This document shows, piece after piece, positions 12,220-23,899 of a stretch of 59,202 nucleotides of DNA. The stretch is from Mizuhopecten yessoensis. Taxonomy: Eukaryota. Below the pieces are notes generated by a model that saw nothing but the letters and a program-made list of their open reading frames with translations, ran no database searches and was not told the origin of the DNA. The stretch's first letter is position 1; every line of letters begins with the position of its first letter. The position numbers and the translations under genes were made by a program. The stretch lies in contig NW_018408909.1 in NCBI RefSeq assembly GCF_002113885.1, positions 842,005 to 901,206 on the forward strand, read 5' to 3'.

Positions 12220-14160
12220 AGACGAGAGATTCATCATCTAGAGCCTTCAGGTATGGTTTTATCTCCAGGTCATTTTCTTATTGACAGACGGGAGACTCAT
12301 CATCTAAAGCCTTCAGGTATGGTTTTATCTCCAGGTCGTTTACTTATTGACAGACGGGAGACTCATCATCTAAAGCCTTCAGGTATGGTTTTATCTCCAG
12401 GTTATTTACTTATTGACAGACGGGAGACTCATCGTCTAGAGCCTTCAGGTATGGTTTTATCTCCATGTCATTTACTTATTGACAGACGGGAGACTTATCA
12501 TCTAGAGCCTTCAGGTATGGTTTTATCCCCAGGTCATTTACTTATTGACAGACGGGAGACTCATCGTCTAGAGCCTTCAGGTATGGTTTTATCTCTAGGT
12601 CATTAACTTATTAACAGACGGGAGACGCATCATCTAGAGCCTTCAGGTATGGTTTTGTCTCCAGGTCATTTACTTATTAACAGACGGGAGGCTTATCATC
12701 TAGACCCTCCAGGAATGGTTTTATCTCCAGGTCATTTACCTATTGACAGACGGGAGACTCATCATCTAGGGCCTTCAGGTATGGTTTTATCTCCAGGTCC
12801 TTTGCTTATTGACAGACGGGAGACTCATCATCTAAAGCCTTCAGGTATGGTTTTATCTCCAGGTCCTTTGCTTATTGACAGACGGGAGACTCATCATCTA
12901 GAGCCCTCAGGTATGGTTTTATCTCCAGGTCATTTTCTTATTGACAGACGGGAGACTCATCATCTAGGGCCTTCAGGTATGGTTTTATCTCCAGGTCCTT
13001 TGCTTATTGACAGACGGGAGACTCATCATCTAAAGCCTTCAGGTATGGTTTTATCTCCAGGTCCTTTGCTTATTGACAGACGGGAGACTCATCATCTAAA
13101 GCCTTCAGGTATGGTTTTATCTCCAGGTAATTTACTTATTGACAGACGGGAGACTCATCGTCTAGAGCCTTCAGGTATGGTTTTATCTCTAGGTCATTAA
13201 CTTATTAACAGACGGGAGACTCATCATCTAGAACCTTCAGGTATGGTTTTATCTCCAGGTAATTTACTTATTGACAGACGGGAGACTCATCGTCTAGAGC
13301 CTTCAGGTATGGTTTTATCTCCAGTTCATTTTCTTATTGACAGACGGGAGACTCATCATCTAAAGCCTTCAGGTATGGTTTTATCTCCAGGTAATTTACT
13401 TATTGACAGACGGGAGACTCATCATCTAAAGCCTTCAGGTATGGTTTTATCTCCAGGTTATTTACTTATTGACAGACGGGAGACTCATCATCTAAAGCCT
13501 TCAGGTATGGTTTTATCTCCAGGTCAGTTACTTATTGACAGACGGGAGACTCATCATCTAAAGCCTTCAGGTATGGTTTTATCTCCAGGTTATTTACTTA
13601 TTGACAGACGGGAGACTCATCGTCTAGAGCCTTCAGGTATGGTTTTATCTCTAGGTCATTAACTTATTAACAGACGGGAGACTCATCATCTAGAACCTTC
13701 AGGTATGGTTTTATCTCCAGGTAATTTACTTATTGACAGACGGGAGACTCATCGTCTAGAGCCTTCAGGTATGGTTTTATCTCCAAGTCATTAACTTATT
13801 AACAGACGGGAGACTCATCATCTAGAACCTTCAGGTATGGTTTTATCTCCAGGTCATTTTCTTATTGACAGACGGGAGACTCATCATCTAAAGCCTTCAG
13901 GTATGGTTTTATCTCCAGGTCATTAACTTATTGACAGACTGGAGACACATCATCTAGAGCCTTCAGGTATTGTTTTAATTCCAGGTCATGTACTTTTTGA
14001 CCGACAGGAGACACATCATCTAGAGCCTTCAGGTATGGTTTTATCTCCAGGTCATTTACTTATTAACAGACGGGAGACTTATCATCTAGACCCTCCAGGT
14101 ATGGTTTTATCTCCAGGTCATTTACCTATTAACAGACGGGAGACACATCATCTCCAGGTC
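12220..14160. repeat. 66-bp minisatellite, about 29 copies
   Basis: Unit gagactcatcatctagagccttcaggtatggttttatctccaggtcatttacttattgacagacgg. It produces the spurious 22-aa-repeat ORFs. Confidence 0.97.
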
Positions 14161-14885
14161 ATTTACAGATTTGAGAAAAACTCCCGGATGAAGAAATTCA
14201 AACATCCAATTCAGGTTTTTCCGAGGGAGTGTGTGGTAGTTCTACTTGATGCGAGAATGATTAATTGTTTTATTCGATTCCTAATAACGTTGACCAAGCG
14301 TTGTTTTTCTAAGCAGCTTGTACCTGCCTGCACTGATTGACGTGCACGCTAAAAACATATCTATAATTATGTATTCTTGGAAGCAGATAAACAACACGAC
14401 ATAATGATTACTCTATCTCTGCCTCTGATCAAAGGCTCTTCACATTAGTTGTTATTGGAATAAACCATTCTTACTACGGAAATATGAAATTGGAAATGAA
14501 CCTGTTATAATCTATACGCAATTTTACTAGTTCGCTTCAGGCTCTTGTTCCCCAGCGTCTTGTATATAATCGTGTACATTTTATTATCTGCTTGTGTAGC
14601 TATATAAATGTAAATGGTAAAATCGATATGTGGCAAATAGTATGGCTTTAAAGCTCAACATGTTCCCTCAAAGACAGTAAGGTCACCATCAATTTCAGCC
14701 CCACGGTAGGTCATCTTTAAAGGAAATTAAACATAAGATTTATGTAGTGGATGCCAACCCCTCAAAAAGATGGTTGGGGCAATGTTGCGTTTCTTGATAT
14801 TCAGTGTTGTTAGATATGACATTGATATGTTCAATTGTGAACTCATTTTACCGTTTAGGATAGATACATAACTGATTACAGTTCT

Positions 14886-14979
14886 GTACATGTTAGACAC
14901 TGGCAAAGAACCTACTCTGGTTTCAAAGTGTCTTTACCCAACCAGATTCTTTTGATATCTATCATCATCATCATCACCA
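14886..14979 (+). repeat. Dispersed repeat 3' end with a (CAT)n tail; second copy at 23621-23720
   Basis: acatgtt.gacact..aaagaacct.ctctggtttcaaagtg.ctttacc...ttcttttgatatcta(cat)n occurs at both positions. Confidence 0.65.
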
Positions 14980-15695
14980 TATGTCCACATAATGTCACTT
15001 TAACTACAGCATCAAATACATTTATAAAGGCAAGATAAGGAGTGCTATATATAGTGCATATTACTTCCCATAATATTCCACGTAACGAGGAAACAGATGT
15101 ATGCTGCAGCTGTATCTATTACTAAATGTTAAAGACGCAGTCCCATGTGTGTGTCTAAGGTTCATCTCACGTGGTAGAAGTACGGATAGGGAAGACCGAC
15201 AGTGCCTAGTTTTCTGTGATATTTCCGAAGTATTCGATATAGTGTGGCATAGGGGGTTGGAAATGATTGGACTGTTTAATGGATTATGTATCTGGTAGAA
15301 AACAGCAGTTATTTTATGGATGTAGCAAATCTACAAACGCTGGGGTGCAACAGGGCTCAGTTCTTGGTCCTCTCTTGTTCATTATATATATTAATGATAT
15401 AACGGACAATATAGAGAGCCTAATGAAACTTTTTGCGGATGATACTTCTCTTTTGTGCTCGGATAAATGTCCACAGGTAATTGAACAGAAAATTAACAAT
15501 GATCTTTTAAATATCCAATCTTGGGCTGATAAGTGGTTGGCTAAGTTCAATCCTGCAAAAACAGAGGCAATGTTTTTTTCTTATACTGAACTGGATCACA
15601 TAATTGAAATAAATTTTAATGATGTAAGTATTGAATTTGTAGACTACCATAAGCATCTAGGAGTATTCATCGACTCAAATTGTATATGGAGCTAT

Positions 15696-15840
15696 TAGAG
15701 GATTGTATGTTATGATTAGTTTCTATACGTAATTCATGCTAATTATCATTGTGCAATTTACCACTACTTTGTGTGTCTTTTCAGACCGTGTTCATTGCCG
15801 AATAAACATATTTAAAGTAAACGGAACAGAGTCCCATTTA
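15696..15840 (+). repeat. Extra copy of the 5' LTR inside the duplicated segment 15423-16116
   Basis: Identical to 16391-16535. Part of a 694-bp duplication separated by a single N. Confidence 0.85.
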
Positions 15841-16390
15841 TGAACACGGTCGGAATACTGAACTCCATCATTGCCACATCACCACAATGCCAGCTGTAGC
15901 CTGCCCTATCACAGACTGCGACTATGTCACGGATGACCTGGATGCCACTATCGTCGCGGAACTCATCACGGCTCACTCCGCTGTACACATACCCAAACGA
16001 GAACACGCTGCTAAAGTTGAGAAAGTCAAGCGACCCACGCTCAGTGCCGCAGGATCTAGCGAGGAGTGGACATATTTCCAATCTCGGTGGTCGGACTATG
16101 TCAGTGCCACGAAAATNATGAAACTTTTTGCGGATGATACTTCTCTTTTGTGCTCGGATAAATGTCCACAGGTAATTGAACAGAAAATTAACAATGATCT
16201 TTTAAATATCCAATCTTGGGCTGATAAGTGGTTGGCTAAGTTCAATCCTGCAAAAACAGAGGCAATGTTTTTTTCTTATACTGAACTGGATCACATAATT
16301 GAAATAAATTTTAATGATGTAAGTATTGAATTTGTAGACTACCATAAGCATCTAGGAGTATTCATCGACTCAAATTGTATATGGAGCTAT

Positions 16391-16535
16391 TAGAGGATTG
16401 TATGTTATGATTAGTTTCTATACGTAATTCATGCTAATTATCATTGTGCAATTTACCACTACTTTGTGTGTCTTTTCAGACCGTGTTCATTGCCGAATAA
16501 ACATATTTAAAGTAAACGGAACAGAGTCCCATTTA
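16391..16535 (+). repeat. 5' LTR (145 bp)
   Basis: tagagg...cattta, with aataaa at 16496-16501. Direct repeat of 21009-21152. Confidence 0.93.
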
Positions 16536-16581
16536 TGAACACGGTCGGAATACTGAACTCCATCATTGCCACATCACCACA

Positions 16582-19077
16582 ATGCCAGCTGTAGCCTGCC
16601 CTATCACAGACTGCGACTATGTCACGGATGACCTGGATGCCACTATCGTCGCGGAACTCATCACGGCTCACTCCGCTGTACACATACCCAAACGAGAACA
16701 CGCTGCTAAAGTTGAGAAAGTCAAGCGACCCACGCTCAGTGCCGCAGGATCTAGCGAGGAGTGGACATATTTCCAATCTCGGTGGTCGGACTATGTCAGT
16801 GCCACGAAAATCACTGGACGCGATAAAGTAATCCTGCTACTAGAATGCTGTGACGAGCCATTACGGAAAGACTTGACACGATCAGCCGGTGGTAGCCTCG
16901 CTGACAAAACCATGGATGAGGTTTTAGCTGCAATTAAAAAGCTCGCAGTACGTGAGGAAAACACTATGGTTGCAAGAGTGACGCTACACAATATGCGACA
17001 GGATCGTGATGAAACTGTCCGGAGTTACGGTGCTAGACTTAAAGGACAGGCCGGTATATGCAAGTTTGTGATTAAGTGCCCCGGATGTACAGCCGACGTC
17101 AATTACACTGACGCTATCATGCGTGACGTACTCACCCGGGGAATTGCCGATCCGGAAATACAACTTGATCTGCTAGGACACAAAAATCAGGACATGAATC
17201 TTGAGGATGTATTTCAATTTGTCGAATCAAAGGAAGCCGGTAAACGTTCAGCTTCTAGACTTTCAGATTCTCATCCAGTTGAGGCTGCCAGCAGCTCATA
17301 CCGGAAAAGCAAGGCTGACAGACCGTCGTCCAAAGACACCTCCAACAAAGCAGAGCAATGTGCATATTGCGGAAAAAAGGGACACGGCAAGTCTGCCCTT
17401 GCTCGCATACGTAAAACAGAGTGTACAGCATATGGACACATATGTGGGCATTGCCATCGCGAACATCATTTTGAAATTGTATGTAGAAGCAAGGACAAAC
17501 CCAAAGTGACAGACCGTGATACACTTTCCGGAAGTGCTTTGTTCGACGCATTGTGCTCTGTTCATGATTCTCTACAACATCACCACTGTACCGTTAGTGA
17601 TTCTGGCATCGAACGCTCAATCTGCATCGACCACCATGTCTATGACGAACTGACGAATTCCTGGGTGAAACAACGCTCCAAGCCTCAACCATTCGTGAAC
17701 GTGACGGCTAAAGTTACTGCTGAGGACTACGCCGCCCTAGGCTTCAGACTAACACGAGACACCAGCAACGTCTCAATACAGGCTATGGCTGACACGGGAT
17801 GTCAGAGTTGCCTCGCTGGCTTGAAAGTAATCCGCCGCCTTGGTCTACGAGAATCAGAACTCATACCTGTAACGATGCAGATGCACACGGCTACATACGG
17901 TGGTATCAAAATTCTTGGGGCGACCATCCTTCGCTTGATTGGTAAAGACAAGGCAGGAAACACCAAGGAGACCAGACAGATGACATATGTCACAAGCTCA
18001 ACAGACAAGCTCTTCCTCAGTCGCGAAGCCTGCGCTGCATTAGGTATTATCCACGATTCATTTCCAACCGTCGGAGCTCAAGTCCCTTCAGCTAGCATAC
18101 ATGTCGATGCTACTTTCTCCTTACCGGATCACCAAGTCAAAGCATGCGATTGTCCTACACGCCAACTGCCACCACCGCCTCCGACAAAACTGCCTTTTCC
18201 TGCTACAACGGAAAACGTTGGTCACTTAAAAGGTTACCTTCTTGACCACTACAAGTCTAGCACATTCAACACATGTGAACACCAGACTTTACCACTCATG
18301 AATGGACCTCCCTTGAAGCTCATGGTGGACTCCAACGCGAAACCTGTCGCTCACCATACACCAGTACCCGTTCCAATCCACTGGCAGGGTGCAGTAAAGG
18401 CTGGACTAGACCAGGATGTTCGTTTGGGGGTTATTGAACCTGTTCCGGTTGGTGAGCCTGTCACTTGGTGCCATAGAATGGTTATTTGTGCGAAAAAGAA
18501 TGGTACACCTCGGCGCACTGTTGACTTCCAACCCTTAAATGCACATGCCACTCGCGAGACTCATCACACCCCTTCGCCATTCCACCAAGCCCGGTCTATT
18601 CCACATGGAAAGAAGAAGACATTATTTGATGCATGGAACGGTTATCACAGTGTACCCATCTGCAAAGAGGACAGACACTTGACCACGTTCATTACTCCTT
18701 GGGGGAGGTACCGTTACAAAACTGCACCCCAAGGCTACATTGCATCGGGCGACGGATACACCAGGCGCTATGACGAGCTTGTTTCGGACATCCCCAACAA
18801 AACCAAATGTGTCGACGATGTTTTTTTATGGTCAGACACTGTTGAAGAAAGCTTCTTTCAGGCAGTCCAGTGGCTTGACATATGCGGCCGTAACGGTATA
18901 ACGCTGAACCCTGACAAATTTGTATTTGCAGAGGACACACTCGAATTCGCTGGGTTTGAAATAACCAACGATAGTGTACGGCCTTCACAGAAATACCTAC
19001 GCGCCATCCTGGATTTTCCGACACCCAGGAACATCACAGATGTGCAGTCAATCAGGTGTCGTATGCCTTCAGTATGA
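16582..19077 (+). CDS. Gypsy Gag-protease-reverse transcriptase polyprotein (frameshifted at the end of RT)
   Basis: 831-aa ORF with two Cys/His knuckles (CAYCGKKGH..C; CGHCHREHHFEIVC), protease ADTGC, and RT motifs RRTVDF, DAWNGYH, TTFITPWGRYRY and CVDD. Confidence 0.9.
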   Translation: MPAVACPITDCDYVTDDLDATIVAELITAHSAVHIPKREHAAKVEKVKRPTLSAAGSSEEWTYFQSRWSDYVSATKITGRDKVILLLECCDEPLRKDLTRSAGGSLADKTMDEVLAAIKKLAVREENTMVARVTLHNMRQDRDETVRSYGARLKGQAGICKFVIKCPGCTADVNYTDAIMRDVLTRGIADPEIQLDLLGHKNQDMNLEDVFQFVESKEAGKRSASRLSDSHPVEAASSSYRKSKADRPSSKDTSNKAEQCAYCGKKGHGKSALARIRKTECTAYGHICGHCHREHHFEIVCRSKDKPKVTDRDTLSGSALFDALCSVHDSLQHHHCTVSDSGIERSICIDHHVYDELTNSWVKQRSKPQPFVNVTAKVTAEDYAALGFRLTRDTSNVSIQAMADTGCQSCLAGLKVIRRLGLRESELIPVTMQMHTATYGGIKILGATILRLIGKDKAGNTKETRQMTYVTSSTDKLFLSREACAALGIIHDSFPTVGAQVPSASIHVDATFSLPDHQVKACDCPTRQLPPPPPTKLPFPATTENVGHLKGYLLDHYKSSTFNTCEHQTLPLMNGPPLKLMVDSNAKPVAHHTPVPVPIHWQGAVKAGLDQDVRLGVIEPVPVGEPVTWCHRMVICAKKNGTPRRTVDFQPLNAHATRETHHTPSPFHQARSIPHGKKKTLFDAWNGYHSVPICKEDRHLTTFITPWGRYRYKTAPQGYIASGDGYTRRYDELVSDIPNKTKCVDDVFLWSDTVEESFFQAVQWLDICGRNGITLNPDKFVFAEDTLEFAGFEITNDSVRPSQKYLRAILDFPTPRNITDVQSIRCRMPSV

Positions 19078-20640
19078 CTGAGAATATGCTTCCTTTCCGT
19101 CAGTTGCTCAAACCAGATCAACCGTTTCAGTGGACTGAAGATCTCCAACGACTTTTTGAGGAATCTAAAATTGTCATTGCCAACGAGATTGAGCAGGGTG
19201 TACGGATTTTCGACCCAAGCAAATTGACGTGTCTCGCGACAGACTGGTCAAAGACTGGCATTTGATTTTGGTTGCTACAAAAACACTGCGCTTGTGCTAA
19301 TGAAAGCCTGCTATGCTGCCGTGATGGTTGGAAAGTTACACTCGTGGGTAGTCGGTTCACACATGCGGCAGAGACGCGTTACGCGCCGGTTGAGGGCGAG
19401 GCCATAGCAGTAGCAGATACCCTTGATAAAGCTCGCCACTTCGTTCTTGGGTGCGACAACTTGATCATAGCTGTTGATCATAAGCCATTGTTGAAGTTAT
19501 TTGGCGATAGATCACTGGAAAACATTCCTAACAACAGACTTCGTAACCTCAAGGAGAAAACACTACGATACCGCTTTCGAATGCTTCATGTGCCTGGCAT
19601 ACGACATCGTGCTGCGGATTGTATCTCCCGACATCCTATTGGTGAGCCTGAGAAACTTGTGCTCGAGGACGACATTGCAGCACTGTCATTTTCTGCCGTC
19701 GACATCGCCCACTTTGGTCTAATGAGTGGTCTACGCATGCCTTCATCAGGACTAGCATTTGTCGAGGAGCATGTCGTGGCATCAGCTTCTTCAACACTAG
19801 ATGCGATCAATTTACGATCCGTCACCTGGGAGCGCGTTAGAACCACTACTACCAGCGATGACAACATGCAGGCGTTAATCGCTCTGATAGAGGCCGGTAT
19901 ACCGGGAACCCGTCACGAGCTGCCTAGGCCACTGTCATCTGTAGCTTTTCCCCATAGTAACTGCCGTGCTGAAGTGGGAGTCAAAACAGTGAAGCGTCTG
20001 ATCACTGGCAACACCAGTCCCAATAGCGACTTAAACACCGACGCACTATTCTCCAGTATCGTAACACACCTGACAGGGACACAAAACTATCCCCTGCTAT
20101 GTGCGTGTTCGGTCGTCCTATACGAGACTTGATTCCTATACTACCCGGTCGGTACATTCCACACAACACTTTGCTGGAGACTTTAGCAGCTCGCGAGGAG
20201 GCTTTACAGAATCGTCACATGCGAGAAAGTGAACATTGGTCTGAACACACCAAACGCCTCTTACCTCTTGCAGTTGGAGATCATGTACGCATCCAAAATC
20301 AAGTTGGTCCTCACCCCCTTAAATGGGACAAGACTGGAATCATTACCGAAGTTCGCCAGTTTGATCAATATGTAGTTCGGGTTGACGGATCTGGCCGTGT
20401 TACTTTACGCAACAGGAAATTCCTCAGGAAGTATATCCCAGTCGGTACACCACCAGCGCGCTACACAATTGACAATCAAATTGGACTCTCCCATCGTACG
20501 ACGTCTCCTGCTTCTAACGCCCCAGACACCGTCGTCGGTGAAGAAAGCAACCCTCCCCGTAAGGATACGAGTCCTCCACCACCCTTCACCACCATTTGGT
20601 ATTCGAGACATCTTCAGTCGACGTCATCTAGCGTTTGATT
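19056..20640 (+). pseudogene. Disrupted Gypsy RNase H and integrase remnant
   Basis: LATDWSKTGI*, RYAPVEGEA, VDHKPL and AADCISRHP, then a jump to integrase PHSNCRAEVGVKTVKR and the C-terminal GDHVRIQNQ..KWDKTG..RNRKFLR. Contains an in-frame stop, frameshifts and lacks the HHCC/D,D region. Confidence 0.85.
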
Positions 20641-21008
20641 CTCCTGCAACCCCAGTGAGCAAAATCACCACACCCCCGGCAACGATGCAACCTATCTCGA
20701 CACATACGCCACAAGCAGTAGTTCCGTCCCCTGCACCGATCCGGACTTCTGGTCGTGCAACAAAGAAACCAGCTTGGCATTCAGATTATAAAATGGCCAA
20801 AGAACAATTGACTTGTTTCTACTTGGAACATTTCCTAAGTGTTATATCTGTTGTGCGACTTTTCACGGAGACTCAGTGCTACATTTTGTTTATTTTAGGA
20901 CAATTAGTCGGACATTTCTTAATAATTCTCATATTTCATATCAGTCTTTGTTCCTAGGACTAATACGAGTGACCCTATTACTTACGTGTACCAAAGACTT
21001 GGGGGAGA

Positions 21009-21152
21009 TAGAGGATTGTATGTTATGATTAGTTTCTATACGTAATTCACGCTAATTATCATTGTGCAATTACTACTACTTTGTGTGTCTTTTCAGACCG
21101 TGTTCATTGCTGAATAAACGTATTTAAAGTAAACGGAACAGAGTCCCATTTA
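21009..21152 (+). repeat. 3' LTR (144 bp)
   Basis: Follows the PPT. Differs from the 5' LTR by 4 substitutions and 1 indel. Confidence 0.93.
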
Positions 21153-22325
21153 GCTATCACATAGAACATATTAGTAAAAATGTAGCGAAACAATTAGGTG
21201 TCCTTCGTAAATTGAAATATATCCTTACTAGACGTACATTAAATAGAATATATAGAACCTGTATTCTTCCGGTTTTAGAATATTGCTGTGAACTCTGGGA
21301 CGGTTGTTCCGTTGCTGATGCAGAAAGGTTAGAAAAAAATACAACTTGAGGCTGGCCGTATAGCCACTGGTTTACCTTCTTATACCAGCAGACAATCTCT
21401 TTATAATGAAACGGGATGGGAACCTTTATCCCAACGACGCTCTCGTCGAAAGCTTCATTTGTTCTTTAAGATACACAACAATTTTACTCCTAACTATCTA
21501 AACACCCTACTCCCTCATGTTGTTGCTAATATTTCTCAGCACTATCTTCGCAATGCATCAAACTATAATTTGCCTGATAACAGACTAGAATCATCTAATA
21601 TATCGTTTCCCCCCTCTACAATAAGGTAGTGGAATCAATTACCCTTAGATATCAGGCACGATGTATCATTTTCAGCTTTTAAAAATTACATCCGTAACAC
21701 AGATTTACCCCAGGTACCTAACTTTTATTTCTATGGAGAAAGAAAAAAATATATCTTACATACAAGATTAAGAAATCAAGCAAGTGCATTGAAAAAACAC
21801 TTATTTAGATCTAATCTTGTCGCTGATCAAAATTGTCGCTGTGGCTATCCTAATGACGATAATTACCATTTCCTTTTTAACTGCAATACTTATGCTGAAC
21901 AAAGAATAACCCTCTTCCGTGAACTTAATGCATATATTCCTCTCACCGTTAATCTACTCTATTTTTGAGATACTAAATTATCTGAGCAGGAAAATGAATT
22001 AATCTTCATGCATACTCAGCAATATATTCATGATTCTAACAGATTTAAACCTCCCCTGCTCCCTCCCCTTCTTTCTATCTCTCTGTGCTATAGTTAAAAA
22101 TCAGGTTGTAATATAAGTTCAAATGTTTTTGTACCGATCCTTTCCGATGCTGACGGCACAAGAGAAACGGATATTCAAGGAAGAACGGAACGACAAGGAG
22201 GAAGCAAACCAAGGCAAGGGAGTGATGGACAATAGTACAAGCAGAACGTTTAGGAAAGTGTATAGTGTCAACTTCTGCCGTCAGTGTCGGAAAAGATTGT
22301 CCACATTATGAAAAAATGCATATTT

Positions 22326-22364
<39 letters not shown>

Positions 22365-23899
22365 TGTATATGCCATCTTGAATTTTGTAAGTATATACAG
22401 ATGTTTAATTTAGGGAAAGGGCCTTAAAATAAGTTGTACAACTTGTGCCCAATCCTGTTGCTTTAAAGGCAATAAAATATGTTTAAATAAAAAACCAACA
22501 GTTTTTGATTGAAATTGGCCTCTTCGTTTTAAGTCATTTAAACTGATGCTATATCATTGTAAAATCGTATATATCAATACTCTAGATATAATTTGATGTT
22601 GTGTTATGTTTGTAATGTGTCCGTATACTGACCAGCATACAGCACGTTATATCGATGTAAAATTCGTAAAGTTGAATGAACTAATAACGAACGTCTCATA
22701 CAACCCAAAGACAAAGGCCATGCTGATGTTTCCAGTTCACAATACCGATAATGATGTGTTCATATCAAAACAGCTAGATAGAGAATACCAAAGTGTTGAC
22801 AACACTACAATTCTAACTCAAAATCGATGACAGTTGACAAAAGATGAACAAACACGATATTTACATATACAGAACGTGAAGAATGACATCGTTTCTTGTT
22901 CAAACTAAAATTCTGATTTCAAGCCTAATTTTTCTTTTTCAGTGATAGATGATTCAGAAGAAAATTTGTCGATGCCTCAAGCTAAATATCAATCTAAATC
23001 TAATTCGACTTTGTGACCGAGTCACGTGATTTAAGCGAGCTACAAGGAAGTTGGTTTGAGCACAGAATGCAGGCTTGAGCATGAGAGCTTCAATTACAGT
23101 TCTGTTTGCAAGCAAGCAATGTAATAATGTTTGCCGACAAGAACCAAAATATAAAATACTTTGTCTGCTACACAACTACATACTCGTCATGCGACTAGAC
23201 GAATGTCGTTTTAACATCTAGTTTAAGAAATACAAAATTGTGGTTGGTGTTCATGTTTCAAGCTCTTAACAGACTTGTTATACTAACGTGACCATATGAC
23301 AATGATGATACCGTTGTGTACATGATGTACTTGTTTATAATGCGTTTAGAAAGACTCGCGTGTTCACGATTATACTTTAAATTCCCTTGTTCCCTTTTTT
23401 CTCAGTATATCGTAGACTTAACCTTTTTATTGCCATAGTTTGTTATCGTTGTTTTTTTTAAATGTGCAGTGTTTTTGTCTCCTCAGGCGTTGTGAGAAGT
23501 TTAAAAAGTTAACAGAAAAACTGCCCGTGGATTGGATCATGAAAACGGTCTCTTTTACATCAAGTATGAGCTCCTTTTACTGGTTATGATAGCTAATTAT
23601 GATGTGCTAATAACAGTGTTGCACATGTTTGACACTAAAGAACCTGCTCTGGTTTCAAAGTGACTTTACCTAATCATATTCTTTTGATATCTACCATCAT
23701 CATCATCATCATCATCATCATAAAAGTGTATGTAAACATCATATCAGTTACACTGCAGTATTAAATACAAGTTCATAGACAATCTATACAAAGTACCTAT
23801 ACTATTGTATCATGTCTACTTACAGAAGATATACCAGGTTACAAGATAAAAGTCATGACAGAAAAAGAGGTAGAAACCCATCTCATGCATTAGATTTGG

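Larger units (their letters stand above)
16391..21152 (+). mobile_element. Ty3/Gypsy LTR retrotransposon (Mag-like Gag), internally deleted, with both LTRs and a TSD
   Basis: LTRs at 16391-16535 and 21009-21152. gctat duplicated at 16386-16390 and 21153-21157. Polypurine tract gggggaga at 21001-21008. Domain order Gag-PR-RT-RH-IN. Confidence 0.95.
15200..22495 (+). mobile_element. 5'-truncated CR1-group LINE split by the Gypsy insertion (left part ~15200-15695, right part 21158-~22495)
   Basis: CLVFCDIS..FD.VWHRGL, GVQQGSVLGPLLF, LFADDTSL and HKHLGV..WSY resume in frame after the LTR element as HIEHISKNVAKQLGVLRKLKY..LEYCC..WDGC. Ends in a 3' stem-loop followed by aataaaatatgtttaaa. Confidence 0.9.

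Noticed and set aside
12253-14340. 22-aa repeat ORFs and a CRISPR-like appearance
   Set aside because: Units are head-to-tail with no unique spacers, sporadic stops occur, the context is eukaryotic and there are no cas genes.
15423-16811. Apparent three-LTR element and Gag-LINE RT fusion ORF (15887-16393)
   Set aside because: 15423-16116 and 16118-16811 appear identical and are separated by a single N. This is the signature of an unmerged contig overlap, not biology.
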